In this document: positions 9,592-18,848 of the stretch, piece by piece | Position numbering within the stretch: position 1 is the stretch's first letter | How the letters are laid out: every line of letters begins with the position of its first letter | DNA from: an uncultured virus (IMG/VR IMGVR_UViG_3300025889_000102) | Taxonomy: Duplodnaviria; Heunggongvirae; Uroviricota; Caudoviricetes | Strand: one strand, 5' to 3' | DNA length: 64,000 bases | IMG/VR virus record: IMGVR_UViG_3300025889_000102 | Notes under the pieces: model-generated | Seen by the model: only the letters and a program-made list of their open reading frames with translations | The model's database searches: none | What the model was told of the DNA's origin: nothing | Position numbers and translations under genes: made by a program

Positions 9592-10230
9592 TTATTTAAT
9601 TTTAAGATCGTTGATGAGGCGCTTTACTTCCTCAGCCAAAAATCTTTGTACTTTTTTGTCGCCACCTGCTTCTCTAGCGATATCTAAAACTTTATGTCCA
9701 TTTTTCATATTCATGAGACTTTCATAAATTGCTTTAGGATATGCGTTAGGTGCGCTGGGTTGAGCGACAATATCAACTGTGATTATTTCAAAATCACTTA
9801 CCTTGCCATCCATATCGTTTACATTACCTGATCCACGACTGGATACGCCTAGTTTCACACCACTCTCCAACATAGTCCTTACTAATTGACCCATTGGAGT
9901 TGGTAGAATCTTTAATTTTCCGTAACCGTTAGGACCGTCCATCCACATGCTTTGAATCATGTGAGATACACGATCTAAATTAATCTTGAGATCGTCTGGG
10001 TGATCTACTTCCCCTAATACTGAGTAACCTTCGGAAATTTGCTTGTTTAGAGTCTCGACTGCTTTTTCTATTTCAGATACGGGGTAAACTCGCTCATTAG
10101 CATTTTTTACCCCGCCCTGAATGAAAACTCCTTTCATGTAAAGAGTTTTCAAGTCTCCCTCTTCCTTGATAGATTCAACCACCATACCTGCGCGGTCAAA
10201 TGTCAAGTGTTCTTTTAGAAACAAAGCCAT
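9592..10230 (-). CDS. gp21: prohead maturation protease (T4 gp21-like)
   Basis: GVFIQGGVKNANERVYP, LGEVDHP (catalytic His), GVSSRGSG (catalytic Ser), DIVAQPSAPNA. Confidence 0.96.
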   Translation of the reverse strand: MALFLKEHLTFDRAGMVVESIKEEGDLKTLYMKGVFIQGGVKNANERVYPVSEIEKAVETLNKQISEGYSVLGEVDHPDDLKINLDRVSHMIQSMWMDGPNGYGKLKILPTPMGQLVRTMLESGVKLGVSSRGSGNVNDMDGKVSDFEIITVDIVAQPSAPNAYPKAIYESLMNMKNGHKVLDIAREAGGDKKVQRFLAEEVKRLINDLKIK

Positions 10231-10246
10231 TGTTTCCAGTTACTCC

Positions 10247-11074
10247 TTACTTAGCAACCGGGCTTTTAGTGTTTACACCTGAAGCCTGTGATGTTGTTGC
10301 TTTTGGTGCATTCTCTAATTTTCTGCCCTTCTGTCCAGGTGCGTTGCCAAATTTACCTGCTCCTTCTACATCTTTGTGACCCTTAGCATATTCATTGCTT
10401 GGGGCTTTTGGAGCATTAGGAACTGCTTCAGTATCGCCAGAGAATTTAACTGGCTTGCTAGCCATTCCTGACTTACCTGCGTTTGCTGCTACTGGGCTCT
10501 TAGTTTGAACTCCATTGTCACCGTGAGTTACAGATACTTTTTGTAATTGTACTGCTTCAGCAACAACTTCCTCTTCTTCTTCCTCAGCGTCTACTTCTTC
10601 GCCTTCGTCGCCTTCGTCGCCTTCGTCGCCTTCGTCGCCCAATAGTGATTCAAATTCTGCCATTAGTTCATCTAGTTTTTCTTCTAGATCAACTACACGA
10701 TTTTCTAGACCTTCTTCGTCTTCGCCGGCTTCTTCGCCTTCGTCATCTAGATCGTATTCAACTTCTTCTTCAGAATCTACTTCCATGTCTTCATCATCTT
10801 CTTCCATGATGCCATCCATCATGTCTTCTTCTTCCATCATACCTGATTCTTCAGCAGTGATTTCATCCATTAGATCACCTACTTCACCAATCATTTCGTC
10901 GCTTTCTTCCATGTCAGCACCGTGCATAGAGTCAGCCATCATTTCTTCATCCATGATTGACTCATAGATTTCGCGTGACTTTTCTACAACGATTTCATGA
11001 AATAATTCGCGAGCTTGTTCTTCGTTTTCATTGATTACTAGATCAATGAGTTTTTCAAATTTTTTGTTATCCAT
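10247..11074 (-). CDS. highly acidic prohead core protein (position of T4 gp67/gp68)
   Basis: The N-terminal two thirds is extremely Glu/Asp-rich and the C-terminus is basic and Ala/Gly-rich. Lies between portal and protease; RBS AGGAG. Confidence 0.65.
   Translation of the reverse strand: MDNKKFEKLIDLVINENEEQARELFHEIVVEKSREIYESIMDEEMMADSMHGADMEESDEMIGEVGDLMDEITAEESGMMEEEDMMDGIMEEDDEDMEVDSEEEVEYDLDDEGEEAGEDEEGLENRVVDLEEKLDELMAEFESLLGDEGDEGDEGDEGEEVDAEEEEEEVVAEAVQLQKVSVTHGDNGVQTKSPVAANAGKSGMASKPVKFSGDTEAVPNAPKAPSNEYAKGHKDVEGAGKFGNAPGQKGRKLENAPKATTSQASGVNTKSPVAK
10599..10639. repeat. 9-bp tandem repeat (tcgccttcg, about 4.5 copies) encoding GDE repeats
   Basis: Directly visible in the sequence; the protein reads GDEGDEGDEGDEGEE. 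Confidence 0.9.
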
Positions 11075-11178
11075 TGTATTCTCCTGGTAGTTAATGGCTT
11101 TGTAATAATTACTTATGCTATATCACTAAAAAGTGATCAATAAGTATATATTTTTTGCGTTTTTGGTGAAAAATTATA

Positions 11179-11409
11179 TTATAAACCCGGTTGTTGCTGC
11201 TCTTTACCAGCAGAACCGTATTGTTCTCTGACTTTTGATAGATATTCGCGCTTCTCATAATTTCTAACATCAAGCATTTTTCTTAATTTTCTTATCTGCT
11301 TTAAAGTTAGTTTAGTTTTTCTTGAGGTTCTCCACTCAGGTTTACTGTTATCATTTTTTGTATCTTGATAACCTTCGATAGGAGGATTAAACATTTCTGT
11401 TAATAACAT
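11179..11409 (-). CDS. small basic head-module protein
   Basis: 76 aa containing RKTKLTLKQIRKLRKM; GATAAATA box at 11415-11422; lies between portal and core genes. Confidence 0.75.
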   Translation of the reverse strand: MLLTEMFNPPIEGYQDTKNDNSKPEWRTSRKTKLTLKQIRKLRKMLDVRNYEKREYLSKVREQYGSAGKEQQQPGL

Positions 11410-11424
11410 AAATCTATTTATCTT

Positions 11425-13200
11425 TTATACTGGAGGTGCTGGCGGTGCTTCACCGCCTGCTGGTGGAGGTGCTGCACCAGCACCCATGTCACCTACTGGA
11501 CCTGCTGGCGGAGCAGCCGCTCCTTCTTCACCTTCAGGAGCAGCCATTTCTTCTGCTGTGCCTTCATCTGATTCTATATCACCTACGGAGACACCTATAC
11601 TGCGTAAATCTGAGCCTTTAGGTTCTTGAGCTTCTTCTTTACCATTTTCTTCACGCCATAATTTTTCATTCTTAGATATTTCTTCTTCAGTTAATCCTAA
11701 GAATCTTTCAAGAGCAAATCTCTTTGAGATATATGGAATTTGATCTATCGTTTGATATGAAGCAATTCTAGCAGTATCCAATTCTGTTTGTCTATAAGAA
11801 GCAAAATTTTGTGGAGGATTAAAAGATAAAGAAAATAATCCTGAATCTATATTGAATCCTCTCCAGCGCAAGAATAGTTTAAATTCTTCATCAAGTTTTT
11901 GTATGATGTAATTTTGCAATCTTTCGCAGTATTGATTAAATCTAAATTCTTGTATTAATGCAGTACCAACTTTACCGTCAGTAAATGCTCTTTCTGAATC
12001 ATCTGGACCAGTTGGTAAATAAGAACTAGGTACTCTCAAGCCTCTTGCTAATCTGTTGTTGAAGTATTTGAGGTCATCGATTTCACCTAAGTTCTGTCCA
12101 CCTTGCATAACTTCTACACTAGAACCTCTACCATCTGCTGTTACTGGAAAGAAGTAATCTTCGTTCATTGATAGTGGATTATATGTAGCATCTACTAATG
12201 ATTGTCCACCGTACAAACTTGGAATTCTACGTTGATGTATCTCATTTTTTACCCTTTCTACAAAAGCCATAGCCATATGTGAGGGCATATTACCAACGTC
12301 TATCTTGAACAATCTACGCTCAGGGGCGCGTTGAACACGATATATAAGAACTGCGTCTTCTAATAATTCTTTTTGCTTATATACTTTAAATATGTTTTCT
12401 AATACTGACTGACCAAAAGGCCAGAAACGATCTAAGCCTTCTGTTAAACTAAGATGTACTATGTGTTTAGCATCTACGGCATACTCACCTTGTCCAAGCG
12501 TAAATCTGCTACCAGTAGTGTTATAAGGCATAGCAGGAACAGTATAAGGAGTATTAGTTCCTCCGCCTGTTCCACCTAATCCTGTAGCAGGATTAGCAGC
12601 AAAATCAGTATTTGTTTTTTCTGCGACTGTTAAATTCTGTAGATTTATATTGAGGTCTTTCAATACATACTGTTCAGGTTTCTTACCTTCAGATTCGTTA
12701 ACAACTACTTTAATGACTTTAACCATATCTACCCAATACAACTTGAAGTTTTCTGGGTCTCTTACAAATACTTGATCACCATATTTAATTACGTTCCTGA
12801 AAATTTTAAATACCCTAGTATCAAATTCGTTTAGTTTACACCATTGTTGAATCTGAGTTTTTAATAGTTCAACTTCATGATGAGTAGGATCTTCACTAAA
12901 ATTAATAAAGAATGGAGTTTTGTTATGATCATTCTTTTGTGTAGAGAACTCTGCTATGATATCTAAGCAAGCATTGATCTCTGCATCAACATCCATCATT
13001 TCATATTGATTATATCTTTCTATTCTGTTTGGATGCCCTGTATATACTTCGGGCAATCTGCTCATGTAATTTCTATACCCAAAGTTGTCTTTGTTCCAAC
13101 TGTTGTCGTTAGCGTTATTCCAAGTACCTGAATTACTGCTAACGCCTGAGATTGGGCTAGACTGTCCGCTTTTGTTTAAGAATTTTTTAGTGTATGGCAT
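11425..13200 (-). CDS. gp20: portal vertex protein (T4 gp20-like)
   Basis: gp20 signatures LLEDAVLIYRVQRAPERRLFKIDVGNMP, EDYFFP..GRGSSVE..GGQNLGEIDDLKYF..L.RGLRVPSSYL. Confidence 0.96.
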   Translation of the reverse strand: MPYTKKFLNKSGQSSPISGVSSNSGTWNNANDNSWNKDNFGYRNYMSRLPEVYTGHPNRIERYNQYEMMDVDAEINACLDIIAEFSTQKNDHNKTPFFINFSEDPTHHEVELLKTQIQQWCKLNEFDTRVFKIFRNVIKYGDQVFVRDPENFKLYWVDMVKVIKVVVNESEGKKPEQYVLKDLNINLQNLTVAEKTNTDFAANPATGLGGTGGGTNTPYTVPAMPYNTTGSRFTLGQGEYAVDAKHIVHLSLTEGLDRFWPFGQSVLENIFKVYKQKELLEDAVLIYRVQRAPERRLFKIDVGNMPSHMAMAFVERVKNEIHQRRIPSLYGGQSLVDATYNPLSMNEDYFFPVTADGRGSSVEVMQGGQNLGEIDDLKYFNNRLARGLRVPSSYLPTGPDDSERAFTDGKVGTALIQEFRFNQYCERLQNYIIQKLDEEFKLFLRWRGFNIDSGLFSLSFNPPQNFASYRQTELDTARIASYQTIDQIPYISKRFALERFLGLTEEEISKNEKLWREENGKEEAQEPKGSDLRSIGVSVGDIESDEGTAEEMAAPEGEEGAAAPPAGPVGDMGAGAAPPPAGGEAPPAPPV

Positions 13201-13224
13201 TTATGTTCTCTGTTTAGATATTTA

Positions 13225-16200
13225 TTATGTCATATTATATTTCAAGATTTTGTCTTGTATGTCATTAGCCTGATCTAATTTGTATATGACTTCATCTAAC
13301 CTGTTTATCATTGCTCTAACCATATCCTCGTTGCTGTTTGTGTTAGTAGTTGATGTGTTTGTAACTGCATTTAAAGTATCTGCTGACGTTTGACCCAATT
13401 TTTCTAATAAAGAGTTATTACCAAGAGGAACTATTTGTTCTCTACCGTGTAGTACTGCTGGGAATCCAGTAGTAGGACCATCAACAACACCACCCCTTGC
13501 TGCGTGAGTATTTAAATGAAAATGTCCTCCTGTTGTATATTGATTGCGATCTCCTTCTGGATAGTCTGGCGACTTGTAATAATATTCATTATATGCTCTT
13601 GCCACACCCGGAATCGCTGCAAGTTTTGCTTTGATTTCTTTTGCAGTCTCTTTATCTGGTTCCTTTGCCATAGTAAGGTCTATACCTTGTCCTATTGCGT
13701 GTTTGCTCCTAGGATGCTTAACTTGATGGTAGCGGTCGTTTAATCCTGTAAAGTAACCAAAATCTGCTCCCAGTATGCTTTGCACTTGTTGTGCAACTCT
13801 TACTGCTGTTGGCTTTAATAATCCCCCGTCATATACATCACCGTATGGTCTTACTTTTAATCCTGCTTTTTCAACTTGTTCTTTAGGTGATTCAGCACCA
13901 GGTGCACCAGCAAGTGTTGTTGCAGATGGCGCTTCATTCTCTTGAGCGTGTGATCCTTCTAGCAGGCCGACGTTTGTTTCATCGCTGCTACTTCCTCCAC
14001 CACCGGACGTACTGGCTGCAGATGATTTTCTTCTTCTTGTAGATGGGCCTCTTGAAGCAGCACTTGTACCTCCACCTCCGCTCATACCTCCACCGCCACC
14101 TCCGCTCGTACCTCCAGAAGTAAAGTCTGATGCTTTATCAATTAGTTCCATTATCTTTTGTTTTAATGCTAATCTATCTAAACGTTCAAACTCTTTATAT
14201 ACGTTATCTGGAATCTTGAAATCTTTTAAATTTTTAACAGATGATGTTAGTTCTTGCCATTTTACGCTAGTCCAAAATTTAAAAAATTTGTCCATATATG
14301 TCAGATTTTTATCAAATCTATTTTCATTGATACCATTATCGTCTACTTCATCAATTCCTTCCATTACACCTTCTACGAAAGTTTCATACGGCCAGTCTGC
14401 TATTTTTGAATCAGGTAATGCTATTCCTCCAAGTTTTTTTATTTCAAGTAGAAAATTTGTCATTAATGGTAAATTTTTATTAAATTTTTCTGGATCTGGG
14501 TTAAACCCATCTGGGTCACCTACATCTACTATACCATTCATTATATTGTTTACTAAGTCTTCGTAAGGATAGTCTGCTAATTCTTTTGAGGGTAATCCTA
14601 TTCCCTCTAACTCTTTAAGACTTCCCATAAATTGTTTTATCAAAGGAATATTAGCATCTATTTTAGTTTTGTCTACATCATCATCATCACTTAGTTCCCT
14701 TAAGGCATATATCATTTCTTCTGCTACATTTTCATAGTCAAAATTTTCAAGAGCTTCTAGATTACTTACACCTCCTAAGTCTTTCAACATAGCAAGAAAC
14801 GTTTTTGCTGTTTCTATATTAGCCTTTATTGTTTTGTCATCTAATCCTACGTCAAACTCATCTAAACCATAAACTATTTCTTCTGCTACATTTTCGAAAT
14901 CAAAGTCTTCTGCCTTTGCTATAGAATCCATTCCTGACAAAGCACTAGTAAATGCTTTAAACATTTCCATAGTGCCTTTAAATTGCTCTACATCTATCTT
15001 AGCCCCTTCCGAACCTAAATCAGATAAGAACTTAACAAATCCTTTTGCATCAATGTTACCTGTAGCAATTTTCATAGCACCAGATGAAGGTTTCATTCCT
15101 TCTAGTTTTGCTAAACCTTGTATGTATACAGCAAGTGCCCCAGTAAATGCGTTAATCTTTTCAGGATCAGCATCTAAACCTGATATACTAGTTACGAATT
15201 CTTTGAAACTATCTACTGGTAGAACAATCTTTTTCTCTTTACCAAAAGCCGCTAATAGTCCGTCTACTATACCAGTCTTTGGCGGCTGGAATCTGTTTAG
15301 TGCCTTTATAAACATCTCTAGTGCAGGAGTGTATTTTTCTATATTTTCTACGCTTATTTGTGCTTTAGATAATTGTTCCATTCCTTTAATAGGGCCACTA
15401 AAGTCTACTTTACGGCTAAATACAGATCCTTTAGCCTTACCTAAAGTTGCCATTGCTTTTGCGTATATTTCTAATGCTTCAGATTTTGCTTTGAAGTCAT
15501 CAACTTTAATATCTAAATTTGCAAATTCTTTTAATTTACCCATAATATCTTTACCACCAAAGAATTTAGTAATTCCTCCCGCTGCTTCACCTAACATATT
15601 TCCTATACCGCCGGCTACACCGCCTGCACCAAATACCGCTAATCCTGCTCCTAATCCAAGAACACCCTTACCTACAGCCCATAACTTTTCTCCGTCTAGC
15701 TCTTCAAACTTCTGTATAGATTTAGCCAAAAGGGGTAAAGATAGTGATACTACAGCAATAGCAGCAGCAATACCTACACCAAGCAATGTTATAACACCGG
15801 CAAATACTCCTGCACCTGCAAGTACTAGGCCAGCCTGTGGACCACCAAATGCTTTAAAGAAACCTGCTATTCCTTCACCTAGACCTCTACCTAAACCACT
15901 CAATCCTGTACCTAAACTGGCTAAACGTCCCATTCCTCCACTTGCAGCTCCGGGAAGTCCACCACCGCCTCCGCCACCCATAACTGTTCCAGCAACGGTA
16001 GATGCTGCGCTAGCTGCACCACCTTTAAACATTGAAGCCACTTTATAAGCAACGAAAGCAGCAGTTAAAACGCCTGTAGCGATTGTTAACGCATCTAGGG
16101 CTTTCTTATGAGTTGATAAACTCTCAACCATACTTTCCATTCCCTTTCGGAATTTAATTTCTGTTTCCTGTCTGCTTGCTTCTGCGTCTGCTATAGCACT

Positions 16201-17706
16201 GGTGCCTGCTTCTGTTGCTCTATCTCTGGCTTCTTGGGCCTCTTTCATTGCCTCTACTTCATCTATACCTCCGCGTTTTGCTTGAGTTGTGTCAAAACCC
16301 GCATCTTTTAATCCTTGTACACCCATAGCTTGCATTACTACAGGACCAAGTTCACGAATTCCCGCCATCGCACCTTCTTTTAGAGCCTGAGAAGTTTCGG
16401 CTGCGCGTAATTGTGCTGTCTTTGTTTCTGCATCTAGGATAGCTTTGCGTTCTTCTTCTGATCCTGCTGCTGCTATTTTCTTAGCAGATTCTGCGGTATC
16501 TTTAGTTAATTTTTCTGCCAATTGTGCAGCATCTTTGCCACCTCTTTCAATCATCATCATTGCTTTAGCAGAATTTTCATCTATAGCCGCGCCACCTGTA
16601 TTCATAAGTGTGATATAGCCTGCTTTCATTTCATCAGACATACCAATTGTTGCTGCTGCTATTTCTGCTGATCTTACTTGTTCAGCAGCTGTCATTTCTG
16701 CTGCTTGTTTCCTCAATTTAGCCGCTTGTTCCTCATCACCCCTAGCTGCCGCTTCTTTAGCCTTTTTCTCTAATTCTGCAGCCTCTGCCATAACACCAGC
16801 CGATCGTAATTGTTCAGTTTCTAACGCAGCCTGTGCTTCCATGGATCTTTGGGCTTCTTCTGCACTTTTACCTGTGATTTCTGACAATATCATCAAATCT
16901 TTTACATATTGTCTGCTTATAGACGCTTGAAGACCACTTTCAACATTCATTTTATTGAACATCTGTCCGGTGGCTGCTACTGTCTTAGCGTAACCGGCTT
17001 GCATTTCCATTAACTCTTCGAAACCAATACCTAATCTACTAAACTCTGCTCGTTGTTTCTCGGTGACCTTAGTCATCTTCATGAATGATTCACCGGCTGA
17101 ATCAGCACCACCTAAGAATACACTGAAAGATCCACTCATACCCTTCATAGTAGAGTTTAGTTTGTCCATGTTATGGTAAGTGAATCCGGCTTCTTTAGCC
17201 AATGCTTTCATCTGTTCGCCAGTAGCACCCATACCAGCACCAGACTTAAATGTAGCATCTCTCAATGAAACTACTGCGTCACGATATATGTTGACTTCTT
17301 TTTGTAATGCACCCAATGCTTGTATACCAACCCCAAGCACTTTGCCCATAAGACCAAATTGTGATACTATTCCTGATGCACCGTCAGTAGCAGCATCTAT
17401 AGCAGCATTGTATTTTTTGAAACTTTTCTCAGTGCTTTCTAGGGCATTAATAACATTTTGAGTAGTTCTGATTGTAGTATTCGCAAGTTCATTTTTTACT
17501 CTGTCTTTGACTGCTTGTGCTTCTGCTGCTTTTCTTTCTGCTTCTGCAACCAAACTACCGGCTGCGCTGACTTCTTGTAAACCATCAGCGGCTGCTAGTC
17601 CAGTATCACCTAATCGTCTTAAACGTTCTTCAAGAGCGTTTATTTGTTCTTGCAATTGTTCAGTATTGAGTACGTTTTCGTCATTACCGCCTAGCATGTC
17701 CGTCAT
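13225..17706 (-). CDS. tape-measure-like tail protein with C-terminal M15-type zinc peptidase domain
   Basis: 1493 aa, Ala-rich and helical, with central hydrophobic segments. The C-terminal region has SKHAIGQGID...GGHFH followed by AARGGVVDGP...LHGREQIVPL. Divergent from the gp26-like chaperone gene. Confidence 0.75.
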   Translation of the reverse strand: MTDMLGGNDENVLNTEQLQEQINALEERLRRLGDTGLAAADGLQEVSAAGSLVAEAERKAAEAQAVKDRVKNELANTTIRTTQNVINALESTEKSFKKYNAAIDAATDGASGIVSQFGLMGKVLGVGIQALGALQKEVNIYRDAVVSLRDATFKSGAGMGATGEQMKALAKEAGFTYHNMDKLNSTMKGMSGSFSVFLGGADSAGESFMKMTKVTEKQRAEFSRLGIGFEELMEMQAGYAKTVAATGQMFNKMNVESGLQASISRQYVKDLMILSEITGKSAEEAQRSMEAQAALETEQLRSAGVMAEAAELEKKAKEAAARGDEEQAAKLRKQAAEMTAAEQVRSAEIAAATIGMSDEMKAGYITLMNTGGAAIDENSAKAMMMIERGGKDAAQLAEKLTKDTAESAKKIAAAGSEEERKAILDAETKTAQLRAAETSQALKEGAMAGIRELGPVVMQAMGVQGLKDAGFDTTQAKRGGIDEVEAMKEAQEARDRATEAGTSAIADAEASRQETEIKFRKGMESMVESLSTHKKALDALTIATGVLTAAFVAYKVASMFKGGAASAASTVAGTVMGGGGGGGLPGAASGGMGRLASLGTGLSGLGRGLGEGIAGFFKAFGGPQAGLVLAGAGVFAGVITLLGVGIAAAIAVVSLSLPLLAKSIQKFEELDGEKLWAVGKGVLGLGAGLAVFGAGGVAGGIGNMLGEAAGGITKFFGGKDIMGKLKEFANLDIKVDDFKAKSEALEIYAKAMATLGKAKGSVFSRKVDFSGPIKGMEQLSKAQISVENIEKYTPALEMFIKALNRFQPPKTGIVDGLLAAFGKEKKIVLPVDSFKEFVTSISGLDADPEKINAFTGALAVYIQGLAKLEGMKPSSGAMKIATGNIDAKGFVKFLSDLGSEGAKIDVEQFKGTMEMFKAFTSALSGMDSIAKAEDFDFENVAEEIVYGLDEFDVGLDDKTIKANIETAKTFLAMLKDLGGVSNLEALENFDYENVAEEMIYALRELSDDDDVDKTKIDANIPLIKQFMGSLKELEGIGLPSKELADYPYEDLVNNIMNGIVDVGDPDGFNPDPEKFNKNLPLMTNFLLEIKKLGGIALPDSKIADWPYETFVEGVMEGIDEVDDNGINENRFDKNLTYMDKFFKFWTSVKWQELTSSVKNLKDFKIPDNVYKEFERLDRLALKQKIMELIDKASDFTSGGTSGGGGGGMSGGGGTSAASRGPSTRRRKSSAASTSGGGGSSSDETNVGLLEGSHAQENEAPSATTLAGAPGAESPKEQVEKAGLKVRPYGDVYDGGLLKPTAVRVAQQVQSILGADFGYFTGLNDRYHQVKHPRSKHAIGQGIDLTMAKEPDKETAKEIKAKLAAIPGVARAYNEYYYKSPDYPEGDRNQYTTGGHFHLNTHAARGGVVDGPTTGFPAVLHGREQIVPLGNNSLLEKLGQTSADTLNAVTNTSTTNTNSNEDMVRAMINRLDEVIYKLDQANDIQDKILKYNMT

Positions 17707-17739
17707 CCTTAAAATTTTGTTTGACTACGGTTTTACCCG

Positions 17740-17759
17740 TATAAATATAAAGTATTTAG
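17740..17759. promoter_or_regulatory. pair of face-to-face T4-type late promoter boxes
   Basis: TATAAATA on plus at 17740-17747 points to the gp26-like gene. CTAAATA on minus at 17753-17759 points to the tape-measure gene. Confidence 0.65.
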
Positions 17760-17793
17760 TATTGGAAAAACATACCCTAAAAGAGGACAAACC

Positions 17794-18624
17794 ATGAGCG
17801 ATAACCCGTTAAAAAGATATTTCCGTAAACCTGCCGTGTACATTAAACTACCCAGTGGCGGCAAGAGATACACCCCTGATGTATTAACTATGCCAGCATC
17901 GGGTGAAATAGCAGTATATCCAATGACTGCTTTAGACGAAATTACAGCAAAAACTCCAGACGCTTTGTTCAACGGAGAAGCAATGGTCTCTATCATCAAG
18001 AGTTGTGTTCCTGATTTTAAAGACCCATGGAAGATCAGTAGTTCTGACTTTGATGCTGTTCTTATAGCGATCAGGTCTGCATCTAATCAAAGCATTTATA
18101 AAATAATGTCTAAATGTCCAAACTGTGAGGAAGAGTCTGAATTTGGAATAGATTTAATTCCTGTGCTATCTCAATTGAAAGAAGCAGATTATGAACAAGA
18201 TTATCCTTTTAGTGATCTATACATAAGATTTAGACCATTAATATACAAAGAAATGAATGATGCTGGTATCAGTCAAGTTACTATTAACAAAGAACTAATG
18301 GATCTAGATAAGAACAAAGATTTACCAGACGAGCAAAAAGCCAAAGGCTTAGAAAAAGCAGTAAGAAAGATTACTGAACACACTATGCGTGTAGTTGCTG
18401 GAGCAATTGAATACATACGAACCCCAGAAACTATAGTTAAAGATAAGAGATTAATATTGGATTTCTTAGTCAATTGCGATAGTAGTTTATATAATGCTGT
18501 CAGAGACAAGAGTATTGAATTAAAAAATGCTACGGAATTAAAACCTGTGACTATAATATGCCCCGACTGCAAGCATTCATATGAACAAGAATATGGATTG
18601 AATCTATCAAATTTTTTCGACTAA
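17794..18624 (+). CDS. baseplate hub/tail assembly chaperone (T4 gp26-like)
   Basis: NPLKRYFRKPAVYIKLPSGG, VYPMTALDEI, DAVLIAIRSAS and two CxxC motifs; ends in NFFD. RBS GAGGA. Confidence 0.8.
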   Translation: MSDNPLKRYFRKPAVYIKLPSGGKRYTPDVLTMPASGEIAVYPMTALDEITAKTPDALFNGEAMVSIIKSCVPDFKDPWKISSSDFDAVLIAIRSASNQSIYKIMSKCPNCEEESEFGIDLIPVLSQLKEADYEQDYPFSDLYIRFRPLIYKEMNDAGISQVTINKELMDLDKNKDLPDEQKAKGLEKAVRKITEHTMRVVAGAIEYIRTPETIVKDKRLILDFLVNCDSSLYNAVRDKSIELKNATELKPVTIICPDCKHSYEQEYGLNLSNFFD

Positions 18625-18661
18625 GGCTTCTTTATTCGACACCAGAGTCTATAAAGAAGCT
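18612..18661 (+). promoter_or_regulatory. -1 programmed ribosomal frameshift signal (slippery heptamer plus downstream stem-loop)
   Basis: T_TTT_TTC at 18612-18618 is in the correct phase, followed by a 6-nt spacer. GGCTTCTTTAT (18625-18635) pairs with ATAAAGAAGCT (18651-18661). Confidence 0.75.
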
Positions 18662-18848
18662 ATTTGATCAATTTGATGTAGACGTATCTACTATACGAAA
18701 GAATTGTTTACAACTTGCTTGGTATATGAGAGGCAGTGTGTCCTATGAAGACGTATTAAATATGTCCGATCATGAGAGAACTCTTATATCAGAAATAGTT
18801 GAAGCCAATCTAGAAACTACTAAGAAAACTCAAATGCCTTTCTTTTAA
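18618..18848 (+). CDS. gp51-like / G-T-like C-terminal extension in the -1 frame of the gp26-like gene
   Basis: The frame is open from 18585 to 18848 and reads RLRLLYSTPESIKKLFDQFDVDVSTIRKNCLQLAWYMRGSVSYEDVLNMSDHERTLISEIVEANLETTKKTQMPFF*. The first ATG is only at 18726. Not in the ORF track. Confidence 0.7.
   Translation, partial: RLRLLYSTPESIKKLFDQFDVDVSTIRKNCLQLAWYMRGSVSYEDVLNMSDHERTLISEIVEANLETTKKTQMPFF

Noticed and set aside
14972..16048. 358-aa plus-strand ORF
   Set aside because: Lies wholly antisense to the tape-measure-like gene; its composition mirrors the sense codon bias.
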